From Octopus bimaculoides (Eukaryota): a stretch of DNA of 64,000 nucleotides. Both the position numbers and the translations under genes were made by a program. This document shows positions 25,608 through 39,656 of this stretch, in pieces. Below the pieces are notes generated by a model. The model saw nothing but the letters and a program-made list of their open reading frames with translations, ran no database searches and was not told the DNA's origin. Each line of letters opens with the position of its first letter. The stretch's first letter is position 1. The stretch lies in NCBI RefSeq assembly GCF_001194135.2, contig NC_068987.1, positions 25,702,925 through 25,766,924 of the forward strand, in the 5' to 3' direction.

Positions 25608-26030
25608 CCATCCATCCATCCCTCTTCTCCGCTGACCATCCCTGGGAGGGTCATGGGGGTAGAGTTCTCAGACATCTCCATAAGTTCCTATCAGAAGCAA
25701 CCGTCATTAGACTTTCCGGATGGATCTCTAAGTGATGCCAAATTAAGACTATGGATATTATCTAACCACTTCGTTCTTGGTCCTGCCAGTTTGCTCGGCT
25801 TCAAGAATTCTTGCGATTCTTTCCTGTGACATTCTAATCACACGTTCGTTGTACCGGAGCTGTAACCACTTAATGTGAAATAGTGGCTCGACCTGGAGAA
25901 ACTCCCAGATCTCCTAGCTATGTACCCTTCAAATAACGTTACTCTAGAGAACTTTCGGAGGGCCCCATTTCGGCCGCTTGTATTCGCGATGGTTCTCTTT
26001 CGGTTAGATTATATTTTCAGTTTCGTTCCA
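25608..26030 (-). mobile_element. RTE-clade LINE 3' fragment (Rex3/Expander-like) with (GATG)n tail
   Basis: Broken minus-strand frames: RIQAAEMG, EFLQVEPLFHIKWLQLR, VIRMSQERIARILEA, PRTKWLDNI, HPESLMTVASDRNLWRCLRTLPP. These are followed by CAGCGGAGAAGAGG-GGATGGATGGATGG, the characteristic Rex3/Expander C-terminus and tail. Confidence 0.8.
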
Positions 26031-26539
26031 ATTTATCAATCGTCTTACGAATGATATAAATGTTGTGTGTATTATAGGTTCTGTCTTCAATTTTGTTCCA
26101 TAGTTAAAGCATTATATCCGCCGACTGTAGCAGAATAATAAAAGGATGCTTACTAAAAGGCACGATATTTAATTGTAAAAACATACCACTTATTGTGGTA
26201 ATTTATAGCAGCATTTCATGTTATAAAAAAACTTGTGGTAATGAGGAAGCATATTAGTACTGGATGGCAGAATTGGCAGTGCACCGGACGAAATACCTTT
26301 AGGTATTTTGTTACGTTCATTTTATATATAAGTATCAGTCAAGTGCTTCTTTTCCTGAAATTCCTGGCCTTCTGCCAATGTCAGACATCATTACCATCGT
26401 CGCTGTAGTCGCCATTGCCGTCATAGTTTAGGCGTTAAAAGCCAAAATCGGTTTAAGAGTTGGACAAATGAGTTTCAGATAAGTTTCCTACTCCTCCGCT
26501 CTACAAATGAAAGAAGAAAAAAAATCATTTTAGTAGAAC

Positions 26540-26880
26540 CGATACCTTGCAGTATTTCAACTCTTTGCTTTCTGAGTTCAAATTACACCCAGGTTAGCTT
26601 TGACTTTCATCCTTCAGGGGTCGATAAAATAAATACCAGCCGATTGCCTGCTTTGTGCTGAAATTAAACATTTTTTAACATTATTAGACTGGCAAAAGCG
26701 TTAGAACGTTTAACAAAATGCCTAACGGCATTTGTTCCAGACATTCACGTTATAAGTTCAAATGATACCGAAGCCAACTTTACTTTGCCTCTCTTCAGAA
26801 ACGATAAAATAAGCTATCAATCGTAGTTGATATAATCAAATGTTCCCATCATCACGAATATTTCTGACTCTGTGCTAATT
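26540..26880 (+). mobile_element. Two tandem degenerate SINE family B fragments
   Basis: TTCTGAGTTCAAATT...CTTTCATCCTTCAGGGGTCGATAAAATAAATACCAG (26570-26640), then a more decayed second copy from about 26685. Confidence 0.55.
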
Positions 26881-27254
26881 TATTTACATTGCTAATTTAT
26901 TTATATTGTTTTCTATTATTAAGATTCTTGATGAAAAATCAGTAGAGCGCTGTATTTCGGGAGTGTGTCCAATCGTTGGTGGGTATGGTGATAACTCCAA
27001 AAGTGTTTTGCTCTTATTGGAGTTTTTCAGCTACGCACTTCCTGATCACAGGAAGCAGTAGCATACTCTGTGAAGAAAGTGCATACAAGATGTTTTGGCT
27101 GGTCCAATATAATAGTTACTTCATGTTGTTGATATAACCAGATGTTATTTACCTCTCCACATTTTTTCTCCAGCACACAATGACAGAAAATATAAGTGAT
27201 GCCTGTCTAGATATATGAGTTTCCACAGTAGTAAATATTACTACTGTGTGTGTT

Positions 27255-27626
<372 letters not shown>

Positions 27627-28215
27627 GCATTTATAATCACAGGAATGTATGACGAAGGCGTGAACAACTTCAGAAATACCACTTCACTTGAAGTTTCTGA
27701 TAATGAAAGTCAATTGAAAATAACTCTCCCTTTCACCCTTTCCTCCTTCCCCCTTTCCTCCTTTCCCCCTTTCCTCCTTCCCCCCTCTCTTGTTCTGTCT
27801 ATTCTTCCTCCTTCTACTCCTCAATCATTTCTCAGCTGCCTACTTCAACTTCTCACTCCGGTCTCTCCCCCTCCTCTTTCTCTCTTTCTCTCTCATAAAT
27901 ACTATACACACATATACACAAATATTATGTGTATATTTATTATTGTTCTTATCGTTCTTACCATTACATTCTTTACGCATATATATTAATATTTGCTACC
28001 ATTTATTTGTCCTCCACTGCACTGTTCCTACACAAAGCCCGTCTATATTTACTATAAATATAAACTAAGAAGCCACACATTTCTTATTCTTCTCTGAGGA
28101 GACGAAAGTCGTTACATCTGGCCGTGTTGTAAAAAGACAATATATAACAAGTGTCTTTACCCTGTGTCATAGAGTTTCATTTTGTTACTGATTACAATCA
28201 CTATCTGATTGAAAT

Positions 28216-28273
<58 letters not shown>

Positions 28274-29082
28274 ATTTATCTATCGATGCGGATATACATA
28301 CATGCGCATATATATATATATATATATATATATNNNNNNNNNNNNNNNNNNNNNNNNNNNNNNNNNNNNNNNNNNNNNNNNNNNNNNNNNNNNNNNNNNN
28401 NNNNNNNNNNNNNNNNNNNNNNNNNNNNNNNNNNNNNNNNNNNNNNNNNNNNNNNNNNNNNNNNNNNNNNNNNNNNNNNNNNNNNNNNNNNNNNNNNNNN
28501 NNNNNNNNNNNNNNNNNNNNNNNNNNNNNNNNNNNNNNNNNNNNNNNNNNNNNNNNNNNNNNNNNNNNNNNNNNNNNNNNNNNNNNNNNNNNNNNNNNNN
28601 NNNNNNNNNNNNNNNNNNNNNNNNNNNNNNNNNNNNNNNNNNNNNNNNNNNNNNNNNNNNNNNNNNNNNNNNNNNNNNNNNNNNNNNNNNNNNNNNNNNN
28701 NNNNNNNNNNNNNNNNNNNNNNNNNNNNNNNNNNNNNNNNNNNNNNNNNNNNNNNNNNNNNNNNNNNNNNNNNNNNNNNNNNNNNNNNNNNNNNNNNNNN
28801 NNNNNNNNNNNNNNNNNNNNNNNNNNNNNNNNNNNNNNNNNNNNNNNNNNNNNNNNNNNNNNNNNNNNNNNNNNNNNNNNNNNNNNNNNNNNNNNNNNNN
28901 NNNNNNNNNNNNNNNNNNNNNNNNNNNNNNNNNNNNNNNNNNNNNNNNNNNNNNNNNNNNNNNNNNNNNNNNNNNNNNNNNNNNNNNNNNNNNNNNNNNN
29001 NNNNNNNNNNNNNNNNNNNNNNNNNNNNNNNNNNNNNNNNNNNNNNNNNNNNNNNNNNNNNNNNNNNNNNNNNNNNNNNNNN

Positions 29083-29121
<39 letters not shown>

Positions 29122-29297
29122 TCCATATATACATATGAGTTTGTGCGTATGTTTTTTTTGTTTTTGTTTTTTGTGACATCTAGTGTGTATTGAACAGTCC
29201 AATTCTCTGTGGGCATGGCCTAGTTTCTCTGCATCGTCGATGGACTACTACGTACTTGCTGTCGTTGTTATTACCGTTGAATTTGTTATAAGAAATG

Positions 29298-29344
<47 letters not shown>

Positions 29345-29651
29345 NNNNNNNNNNTGTTGTTGTTGTTGTTGTTGCTGCTGCTATTACTTGTGATGTTGAT
29401 GGCGGTGATAATAGTGGTTGGGTGCTACTCCTGTTGGCGTGGTTGTTTGTGTGATAATGACAAATTGCTTGGACTAGGAAGAAGAATTCTTTTTTCCGAG
29501 TCGATTAAAAACAATCCTCATTGCATAAAATGTAAAGGGAGTATGAGGTGTTTCAGCAATCTGCTGACATAAGTCCGGGAAGTTCTGGCTTTCATATCTT
29601 TACTTGACAGTAAAGGATGTAACTATTCGCCCATCTTAGGTACTGTACACT

Positions 29652-30038
29652 GTTGTTGTTGGCACTCTGTCGCTTACGACGTCGAGGGTTCCAGTTGATC
29701 CGATCAACGGAACAGCCTGCTCGTAAAATTAACGTGCAAGTGGCTGAGCACTCCACAGACACGTGTACCCTTAACGTAGTTCTCGGGGATATTCAGCGTG
29801 ACACAGTGTGACAAGGCTGGCCCTTTGAATTACAGGCACAACAGAAACAGGAAGTAAGAGTGAGAGAAAGTTGTGGTGAAAGAGTACAGCAGGGTTCGCC
29901 CCCATCCCCTACCGGAGCCTCGTGGAGCTTTTGGTGTTTTCGCTCAATGAACACTCACAACGCCCGGTCTGGGAATCGAAACCGCGATCCTATGGCCGCG
30001 AGTCCGCTGCCCTAACCACTCGGCCATTGCACCTCCAC
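29652..30038 (-). mobile_element. SINE family C, full length, (AAC)n tail, 14-bp TSD
   Basis: Same sequence as 16039-16413. Perfect TSD AGGTACTGTACACT at 29638-29651 and 30039-30052. Confidence 0.94.
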
Positions 30039-30088
30039 AGGTACTGTACACTAACCACAACATAACGTAATTAATATATATGAACTGA

Positions 30089-30304
30089 GTAAAGCGGCGA
30101 GCTGGCAGAATCATTAGCACGTTGAGCACGATGCTTAACGACATTTGAACCGTCTTTATGTTCTGACTTCAAATACCGCCGGGGTCTACTTTGCCTTTCA
30201 TCCTTTCGGGGTCGATAAAATAAGTACCAGTTGATCACTGGAGTCGATGTAATCGACTTAATCCTCTCCCTTAATCGCTGGCCTTGTGCCAAAATTTGAA
30301 ACCC
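30089..30304 (+). mobile_element. SINE family B, full length, 15-bp TSD
   Basis: GCGGCGAGCTGGCAGAATC...CTTTGCCTTTCATCCTTTCGGGGTCGATAAAATAAGTACCAG. Perfect TSD ATATATATGAACTGA at 30074-30088 and 30305-30319. Confidence 0.92.
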
Positions 30305-30769
30305 ATATATATGAACTGAAGATCCTCAAGTAGGCAAGCAAGTACCTATCTTGTCAGAGAGGGATTCTGGGGAGTTTCTTCCTGATCATTTCATTCATTA
30401 ATTCATTCACCAGGTTACAAGTCTCTCTTGATAGTGGTACCCCTCACTGGACTCCGCCTAGCACTATCTATTCGGTATTGGCCTTTGCTTCAAGGATTTA
30501 CCTCATCCACCACCGTAGGCCAGCGACGGTGCATTTCAGATACCTCGGCGGAATTTCAACTCAGAATGCAGAAAGTCGGTACAAAATCCACGAAGCAAAC
30601 AATCTGACATTCTTAAAAGATCCACCAATCCACTGTCTGGAATGGTAGTTTCATTGATCTTGAAAGTATGAAAAGCAAAGTTGACCGCAAATGTATTTGA
30701 TCTCAGATCGCAGTACGTCAGCGCAAACTCTGTAAAGCATTCAGCTCGCCGTGTCCGTTTCAAATCCTA

Positions 30770-30990
30770 GAAATAACACCCAAATATCCCCCGACATCAC
30801 AACCTACCGTATCAAATAGACACTGGATAATGTAGCCCAAGGCATAATCCTAAATACGCTGGCTGGTCACAGCTGAATTGCATTGATCATGGTTGACCTG
30901 ATCAACAAACCAATGACAACGTGGTCATTTTGACAATCCAACTAGAAAGCGTATAAATGCCCTACCGACTCGAAATAGCAGGTAAATCTT
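30770..30990 (+). mobile_element. Family D repeat fragments
   Basis: CTAGAAATAACACCCAAAT...GACACTGGATAATGTAGCCC...GGTCACAGCTG; second partial core near 30950-31000. Confidence 0.55.
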
Positions 30991-31631
30991 CCTTAAATCA
31001 CGCAGAATGGCGTGTTTGTGAAGCGAATTTCTTCAGCATATGATATAGCAATATAATTACACTTATATCTTTAAAAAGACATAAAGACGATAATAATTAC
31101 CAGCGACATCGTTGTCATTGTTACCTTCACCACCACCACCACCACCACCACCGTCATCATTATCATTATCGTTATCGAAAAACATTAAAGAATTCTAGTT
31201 TTACTCCTTGGGATTTCAAATTCAAAAACGGAAAACTTTATTTCTTAATTGAATTTTCTCATTTTCTCTTTAACTGTTTTCTTTTCTTTTCTTTTTCCTG
31301 CTTTATTTATTTTAACCAACATTTTACTTCAGTTTTGAATTCTTAGACGTTTGAAACTGTTTACATCTCGGTAGGAGCTCGGTCTAAGTGGTTGATTCCG
31401 TCACAAAATCTATTGGGGACGTATGTAGAGCAGACACCGCCGCTAGTTTCAAGGCGCCACCTGCTGTGTGTGTGAATCATGGGTGGAGGCGTTTGTTGTA
31501 TCAAGTGGATACTTTTCTCGGTATAGTCAAAACGAGAGGCACATTGCTATTTTTACATAATTTAATTAAAAGTCATTAACAGAAAGTGGAGAGAAATGGA
31601 GGCTGAGATACAGAGAGGAAGAGAAATAGAG

Positions 31632-31674
<43 letters not shown>

Positions 31675-32323
31675 GTGTGTCTGAGGATGAGGAGCAGAGT
31701 GAGGTAGACAAATAGGCCAAGTAACCAAATGATGTTGAATGAAGGAAGAAAAAGAGACAGACAGAAGGTCGCTGTGAGCTGACTCGGTGTGTATACATCT
31801 ATTAGTCTACAGCGAGAAGTTTTCTCCATGATAACTTGAGTGAATGTCTTCCTCGCGAGTATGAATAAACTTCAGTCATATTTGAATTAGCAGCAAGTTT
31901 GGTTTTATACACATCACTGCTTTGTGCTGTTGCCCCCGTATTTTACTTACGGCAAGCTCCTGAATGGCGCAACTAGTCATTGGCCGATGACGAGAATAAC
32001 AAAGGAAGCACCTACCTCTCGTGTCAGTTCACAGCGTCTGTCTTTACGGTCTCTTTTCCTGAACAGGAGTTAACTTCTCCGAAATGCATGCATCTAACAG
32101 TCTGGTTAGGAAGTGTTGTAAGCTGACTCGGTGTATTTGTCTACAAATGTTTACAATGTCTACGGTGTATTTGTCTACAAATGTCTACAATTTGTCTACA
32201 ATGAGAAATTTTCTCCATGACAAAATACAGTGAATGGTTTTCGTACAGGTTCGTATATGTATCAAATTTGTAAAAGACAGATGACAGACATTCAAAAAGA
32301 AAAAAAAAGAAATATCAGTAGAA

Positions 32324-32356
<33 letters not shown>

Positions 32357-32821
32357 GAGACAGAGAGAGAGAGACAGACAGACAGATGATGCTGATGATG
32401 AGGGAGAGAGGTTTATCAATTTAAAATAAAATAAAATAAATATATTTCATAGAATAAAAATTAAACTTTCTGCTCATGCCCAAGGTTTGTATAAATTACC
32501 TAGCGCAGGAATTGAACACACGCCCGCCTGGTAAACGGCAACATTAATCGACACATTCTCTATATAAACCAGTACATTCACATTATCATTGATAATGTGT
32601 CGAGCGACACATTACCAGTGTTTCACTTTCAAGAATTTACACCAACTACTCTATTCAAACCTTCCCAGAATTCTCCATTCCTATTTCTAGATGTTGTGCG
32701 TGAGATCAATCTCTGGATCTGTCAATCTGTATAAACATCAGGTTCAGTTGCTGAAATCCGCAGCAACTACTCGATCCTGTCTTTCCCAGAATTCTTCCAC
32801 CACCCACTCACACCGTCTCTC

Positions 32822-32880
<59 letters not shown>

Positions 32881-33686
32881 TCTAGATGTCTCCCTCCGTG
32901 TACTGATTCGCAAAACTTTTAATGAAACATCAAATGTATAAAATTTTCCCAGTCCAGAATTATGGGTATTGCCTTTGTCGTACCTCGCAGTAAATTATTA
33001 AGATATCAGAAACTTCGATTATCATTAGATTTGTACGTAATTAACAAACGACATCATGCTAATCTTTCAATTAGCAGACGACAGCTTGAAGACAAGCAGC
33101 CAATTTGCAATTTATGACGATAAATTACTTCCTGTCCACCAAACAGATAAGAACTGATGTTTCTAAATTAACCATCTACATTTTGGTGTTTAATTATTTT
33201 GATAAATGTGTATACTATGACCGTGTAATAAATATCTTTGAAATTTTAGTATATGAATTACTAACGAATAAATTGACTAATATGCAATCGTTTACGATTG
33301 TGATTTGTTTAACTGATTATTGATGTGAAACGATATGAATGCTCGCTCGAGAATCGAAGCGAATTTGATTCTTGTAAGAAATGTAATGCATCGGTGGATT
33401 TGATTTTGACTTCCCTTCTATTCACACACGGTTCATAAGATTGTGTATCGCTCCAGGGAACTGAATCTATGATATTTTTAGTTTGTGAAATAAACTTCAT
33501 TGACCATTACATGGACTCTCGAGAATGTACTCGATTAGTTAAGACCAGTAACTACTTAAATATAACTGAATTAGTCGAATCAATAATGTTTACTCTATCT
33601 ACTAATATTCGAGGTTGACAAACCTGCAACTCGTAAACTACAAATAATACTCACCAAGAAAAAAAAAAAACATTTATTTACATCGG

Positions 33687-33882
33687 CATAAGGTGACGAG
33701 CTGGCAAAATCGTTAACTCACTGGACAAAATGTTTAGCGACATTTCGTCCGTCTTTACGTTCTGATTCGATTTTACCTTTCATCCCTTTGAGCTCGATAA
33801 AATAAGTCCAGCTGAACACTGGAGACAAGTGTAATCGACAGGCCCCGCCTCCAACAAAATCTCAGTACCTATAGTAGAAAGA
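33687..33882 (+). mobile_element. SINE family B with 15-bp TSD
   Basis: AAGGTGACGAGCTGGCAAAATCGTTA...CCTTTCATCCCTTTGAGCTCGATAAAATAAG. TSD ATTTATTTAC(A/C)TCGG at 33672-33686 and 33883-33897. Confidence 0.85.
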
Positions 33883-34343
33883 ATTTATTTACCTCGGTGG
33901 TTCTCAAGATCAGGCGTAACCCTTAACAGATAATTTAATAGTAACGATGAGGAATAATTTAATTTTAAAATCCAAAAGAGCCGATTCTGTTTGTTTTTTT
34001 TTCTGCTTTGTTTAAAGAATAAAAAGAATTATACAGAAAGTTTAAATCTGATAATAACTGTAAAAACATGTAAAAACACTTAACCTGGATGTGACCAGCG
34101 AAATAATACACCCACTGTAGTTAGGTAGCATTTTACATTGGAAGCTGGGTGAATGATTAGATGCTTACCAAAGCTTTAAGGAGAGAGCAGACTTAATACG
34201 TTTGACAACTAATCTACATTCGGTTTATGTCATCAGACGTAAACCCTAACCCCACTTTCTTACTCGAGAAACAGACACAGCATTTTGTTTCTAACAACCT
34301 ACTATTCTGTATTGTTAGCTATAAACTTAATATTTACTAACAA

Positions 34344-34476
<133 letters not shown>

Positions 34477-35724
34477 CTGTAACTTTCAGATATACACGTT
34501 AGTACCCACCGACGGGTTACATGCGATCTGATTTAGTCTCTAGAACAGAACACATTTCGTAAACACTTCACGTCTGCAATAATATGTCCGCTACTTCAAG
34601 ATGTATGCAAAACTATCAACAACTATCTGTCCATTTAGATGTACATTAGAAGTAACGTTATCTTACTTCTCTATTCAATTCACACTATCAGTATATTTGT
34701 CTAAGTATATACACAAACCTCACTTACTGAGCTTCAACAACTCAATGAAGGAGCTACTATGTGATCACTTGAGCCGACTAGAAAAATCATTCATTATGTA
34801 TTCACTTGACCCAACAAGTTGACCTTAATGCGATCACTTGAGTCAATAAGACTACCTCAATATGGTTAGATTGAGGAACGATACAACCTCAGTGAGGTCA
34901 CTCGTACCGAAGACTTCTATTAAATCTCTTCACATGCTAAAACTATGAGCCAAATTTGCTTCAAACTGCACCTTACTGCCTTTAAAAAATAGGACGAATT
35001 AGTGTAGTCTTAGATACACAATACCGGAAAAAACGATGGGATGTCCACAGTTTAAATAACTTTGATTACCATATTTTCTGGCATACAACTTGAATATTTC
35101 TGACCAAAATTTACAACCAAAAAAGAGACCTTGGAGAGCCAAAAGTTTCATCCAATAGAAATTAAAAAGATAGTGACAATATTTGAATGCTTAACTACAT
35201 GTTTGCACTATATACTACATAGACAGCTATGTCCCAAAATACGATGTTGGTTTACTCAGTTACACCTGACCTGCGGATAAACAACAACTAGGTATCTGCC
35301 AACATTATATTTGTCTCTTTAAGTGTTGAGATCCCACCTACATTCATTGAAAACTAAGCTTTTACTCTGTATTACTAATACCCACATAACTTTTTCCATC
35401 TGTCCTGATGCCTGTGGAAATATAATTTGAAGAATATTTGCATGCGTAAGTAAATAGTTTCATCAAGTAATAATAACTACATTCTATAATATACAATCAG
35501 GATAATTACATTAATTCTTTTTTTTTTGTCTTTTTTACATAATTAATCTTTTGTTATGATTTGAAGTGGGAGGTCTCTCTGTCTTTATCCCTTTGTCATA
35601 CATTCACATCTACTAACGCTCTCCTGCACATATATACATACTTGCATACGTGTATGTATGTGTGCTAGATTTCGTTTTTAGTAATCTGATAGAATTTCAG
35701 CTGACAGTATGTCGTTTTATTCTT

Positions 35725-35887
35725 TTACTTGTTTGTCATTTGACTGCAGCAATGCTGGGGCACCACCTTGAAGGTTTTTTCTCTAACAAATCAAACCCCA
35801 GGACATTTTCTTAAAACCTAGACTTATTCTATTGGTGTCTTGTGCTGAACCGCTAAGTTACGGGGACGTAAACACACCAATATAGAC
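35725..35887 (-). mobile_element. SINE family A 3' half, interrupted by a MITE
   Basis: TTTGACTGCAGCAATGCTGGGGCACCACCTTG...GAACCGCTAAGTTACGGGGACGTAAACACACCAA. Confidence 0.75.
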
Positions 35888-36236
35888 CAGGGGTTCTCGA
35901 TCATTTTTTATCTACAGACCCCTTTGAAAACTATTTTATTCTAGTGGACCACCAAAGCCATTCTGTGTTTAGAAACTAGTTGTATAGAAACTTCTTTCAA
36001 AATACCTAACTTGTTTTCCACACATTAACTTGTGTAGGTTGAACTATGTAAAACATTTTGGGAAAAAACCTAACTGTTTCTTGTAATACATACCAATACA
36101 TACTTCTAAAGCAAAATTTTTCAGGAGCCCTTAAAATACAATTGTGGATCCCCAATTTACTATTTTGTTGCATGGGCCCCTCCAAAATTTAACATGGACC
36201 CTCAGGAGTCATGCGGACCCCAGTTGAGAACCACTG
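35888..36236. mobile_element. hAT (Charlie-type) MITE, 349 bp
   Basis: Termini CAGGGGTTCTCGA / TTGAGAACCACTG (11/13 complementary). Flanks ATATAGAC (35880-35887) and ATATCGGC (36237-36244) match 6/8, fitting the 8-bp NTNTAGAN-type Charlie TSD. No coding capacity. Confidence 0.82.
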
Positions 36237-37024
36237 ATATCGGCACTTCATGTTCCTAACCATCGGTTAGTAATAGGAGGGTCATCTATCCAGCTGTAAA
36301 ACCAACTGTAACTGCGTTACCAAATATGCCTATTTAAATACAACAGTATTTAATTATGTGATACTTCAAAAATCAATGATTCACTTTGAGCAACATTTTG
36401 TAATTTAAATTTTGCCAGATTTTCTGTTACATCCGCCCTGCCATTCTAGTGAAGTAAAAGTTTTGTATTTAAAAGGTCAGAGAAGCTTAATTAGTCAAGT
36501 AGTATGCTTTATACAAATCTGTTTTTAACACATACCAACTACTAATAGATATTTATTAGAGAGAGAGACAGAGAGAGGAGGGAGAGAGAGAGGGTGGTGG
36601 TCTTGTTTTGGGGGTGGGTGTTTTTTTAACTAGAATGGTTGAAACTTCATACATACATACATATACACATGCATGTGTGTCTGTGTATGTATTCATGTAT
36701 GCTTGTATGTATGTATGTATGTATGAATGTATATTTGTATGTATGCATGAGTGTATATATGTATGTAGATAAACAGACAGACATAAATAGAAATATATTG
36801 TGTGTATGTATATATGTGTGAGTATATGCATAATGATATATACACAAACACATCTTATGTCTGCTTTCCCTTGCTAGCATGGATTACGTACGTCTGTAAT
36901 ATAAAAATTATAACATAAAAATACGTGTATCTGTATGTTTTTATGAGAGCTCTCTCTCTCTTTCTCTCTCTCTCTCTTTCTCTCTCTCTCTTTCTCTCTC
37001 TCTCTCTTTCTCTCTCTCTCTATT

Positions 37025-37063
<39 letters not shown>

Positions 37064-37678
37064 GTTATCTGTCGATATCGTTCAACTGCATTTAAATGCC
37101 ACGTGACCCTATACATCCTAAATGTCAAACTCAGAGTGTGTGTGTATATGTGTGTGTGTCTTGTGTGTTTGCATGTAAGCATGTATGTGTATATCTGTGT
37201 ACTTACATACATGCATACATACATACATACATACATACATACATACATACATGCATATATACAGTCTTACAAGCATGCATGAATGTGTTGGGGAGGGGCT
37301 TTTCCTGCAACCAATTATATAAAAACGTTGATCACCTCAACCCTAATTAATCCAGCCCTACCCCGCCAATCTCCCTTCTCCCCGAACACACTATTTGCTT
37401 GTTTATTTTGTTTTGTTTCTTTTGTTTTCGTCTCCAATTTGGGTAATCAATTTCTTTCCTTATACTGTTATTGTTGTTGACCTTCTTCTTGGAATACACA
37501 AATAATCGAAGATATTCCAGTAGTGACCATCGCCATTTTTGGATGACTACCTAATCTAATGTGTTCTTTTGCTTTTATTAAATCAGTAGAGCGTAATATG
37601 AGTGGGAATATGGCTACTGTTTCTAGCATGTCGTGCGACCATGTAGCGGAACTCTCTGTCACTCGTTTTGTGTGTGTG

Positions 37679-37737
<59 letters not shown>

Positions 37738-39262
37738 ATCATTGGTATGTTGTGTAGTGAATACTGTGAGGCGAGTGAAACCGGTATGCAATTGGCAAGT
37801 TTAAATCTGCGTACGTGTTTCGAATCCAGAGAAAAGAAGTTCACATACGAACTGCTTCTAAGAAATGCACCGTAATTACCTAATCAGAGANNNNNNNNNN
37901 NNNNNNNNNNNNNNNNNNNNNNNNNNNNNNNNNNNNNNNNNNNNNNNNNNNNNNNNNNNNNNNNNNNNNNNNNNNNNNNNNNNNNNNNNNNNNNNNNNNN
38001 NNNNNNNNNNNNNNNNNNNNNNNNNNNNNNNNNNNNNNNNNNNNNNNNNNNNNNNNNNNNNNNNNNNNNNNNNNNNNNNNNNNNNNNNNNNNNNNNNNNN
38101 NNNNNNNNNNNNNNNNNNNNNNNNNNNNNNNNNNNNNNNNNNNNNNNNNNNNNNNNNNNNNNNNNNNNNNNNTATATATATCCATATAATTTTTAGTCAA
38201 TTTAAATTTCTTAGTTTTCTCCCTTGTTCTTTTTGAAAAAGACTTTCATTACCGCTAATGAATAAACTTATTCTTAGATAATTTCATATGATAATTAGAT
38301 AATTTCATATGAAATTAGATAATCTCATATGAGTAAAAATTATTCTTTACTCAGTACATCATGTTCGTTCGTACTTAATTGTATATTTACTGTCTCGGAC
38401 TTAATTATTAAACAGATCGATCGCGAGGTTAAAAATATAAAGCATAATAATGCATAATATTACTTGATCAGTTTGCTTTTACCTCGACAAACATAGGAGA
38501 CAACTTGTATATTGAGCTGTTAGGACATCAGCTTGCGAATTTAGCATGCTAATCACAAAGTTTCTCGATCCCAAGAAAGAGCTTTATCAAAATTTCACTA
38601 TCATCGTTTCGCCTCTACATAGTACTTATTTAAAAAAAAATAATTTTATATTTTGCGTTCGTTGAATGATCATTTATTTTTTTCTTTCCGTAACAACCTC
38701 CACGTAAATATGAAACAGTTTAGATGGTAAATGCGATCAGGTAGTGCCATATAGCCGGCGGACACAGTTTCAGTTCTTGGTTGCTATAAGTTTACTGGTG
38801 GCACTAGTGTCCTTTAAAAAGAGTTGCTGTGTCGTCGTTGCACTCTCTAGATACAGCAGCCCAATGAAGATTGATAGACCGAGATGATGTAGTCCTATAC
38901 ATGCAACAGGCGTAATGCGTATGGCTTCAATTCCATAGGTCTGCTCGGTCAAGAATTACTATTTCAGTGATCTTATCGAGTGTTGAAGGTCGTTAAAGCT
39001 GAGCATGTGTGTGTGTAAGCATATTAATGGTAATGAATGGGGGGAAAAAAATACCCAATACAGATATTGAGTATAGATAATTTAACTTTGTCAGTCAAAC
39101 CAAAACTGGTTAAAATTACCAGTTTCAGCAAAGGCATATTAAACATGTCTCCTTGGTTAAAATAGCTGACATATATTACGATTCAGGCGCATATTATGAT
39201 TTATTGAAATTAGCAGTTTTAGCAAATTTGGTTACCAAATTATATACGTGTGTGTGTGTGTT

Positions 39263-39301
<39 letters not shown>

Positions 39302-39656
39302 GCGTGGTGTGATTGTGTGTTTGTATGTGTACACAAACACCCACGCATATAGACACGTATTCGTAGTTATCTCTTTACCTATGTAGCTATAAGCATGACT
39401 CTGCTCTTACTTTCTGTTATTGCTTAGAAGTCTGAAATGTTAAACTGCTTTTAATTACATATAATATTAAAGTCTCACTCTAGCAACATAAAAACCACAA
39501 TAGTAAATATAGTCTTCCCCCTTCCTTTGTTTTCTACATCACCCCTTATTTGACTGGTTGGCTCTTTGATGTTTTCCACATTTGTGCATATATATATATG
39601 TGCGTGTGTGTGTGTTGCATACGTGTTTGTGTATGTTTTATTTTTATTATTATTAT

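Noticed and set aside
28094-28114. CTGAGGA-GAC-GAAA-GTC hammerhead-like start
   Set aside because: The required GAAA after stem II is GTTA, and no stems I or III are present.
37290-37380. Cluster of TATATAA, CCAAT and CCCCGCC words as a core promoter
   Set aside because: Short words common by chance, no CpG island or downstream first exon visible.
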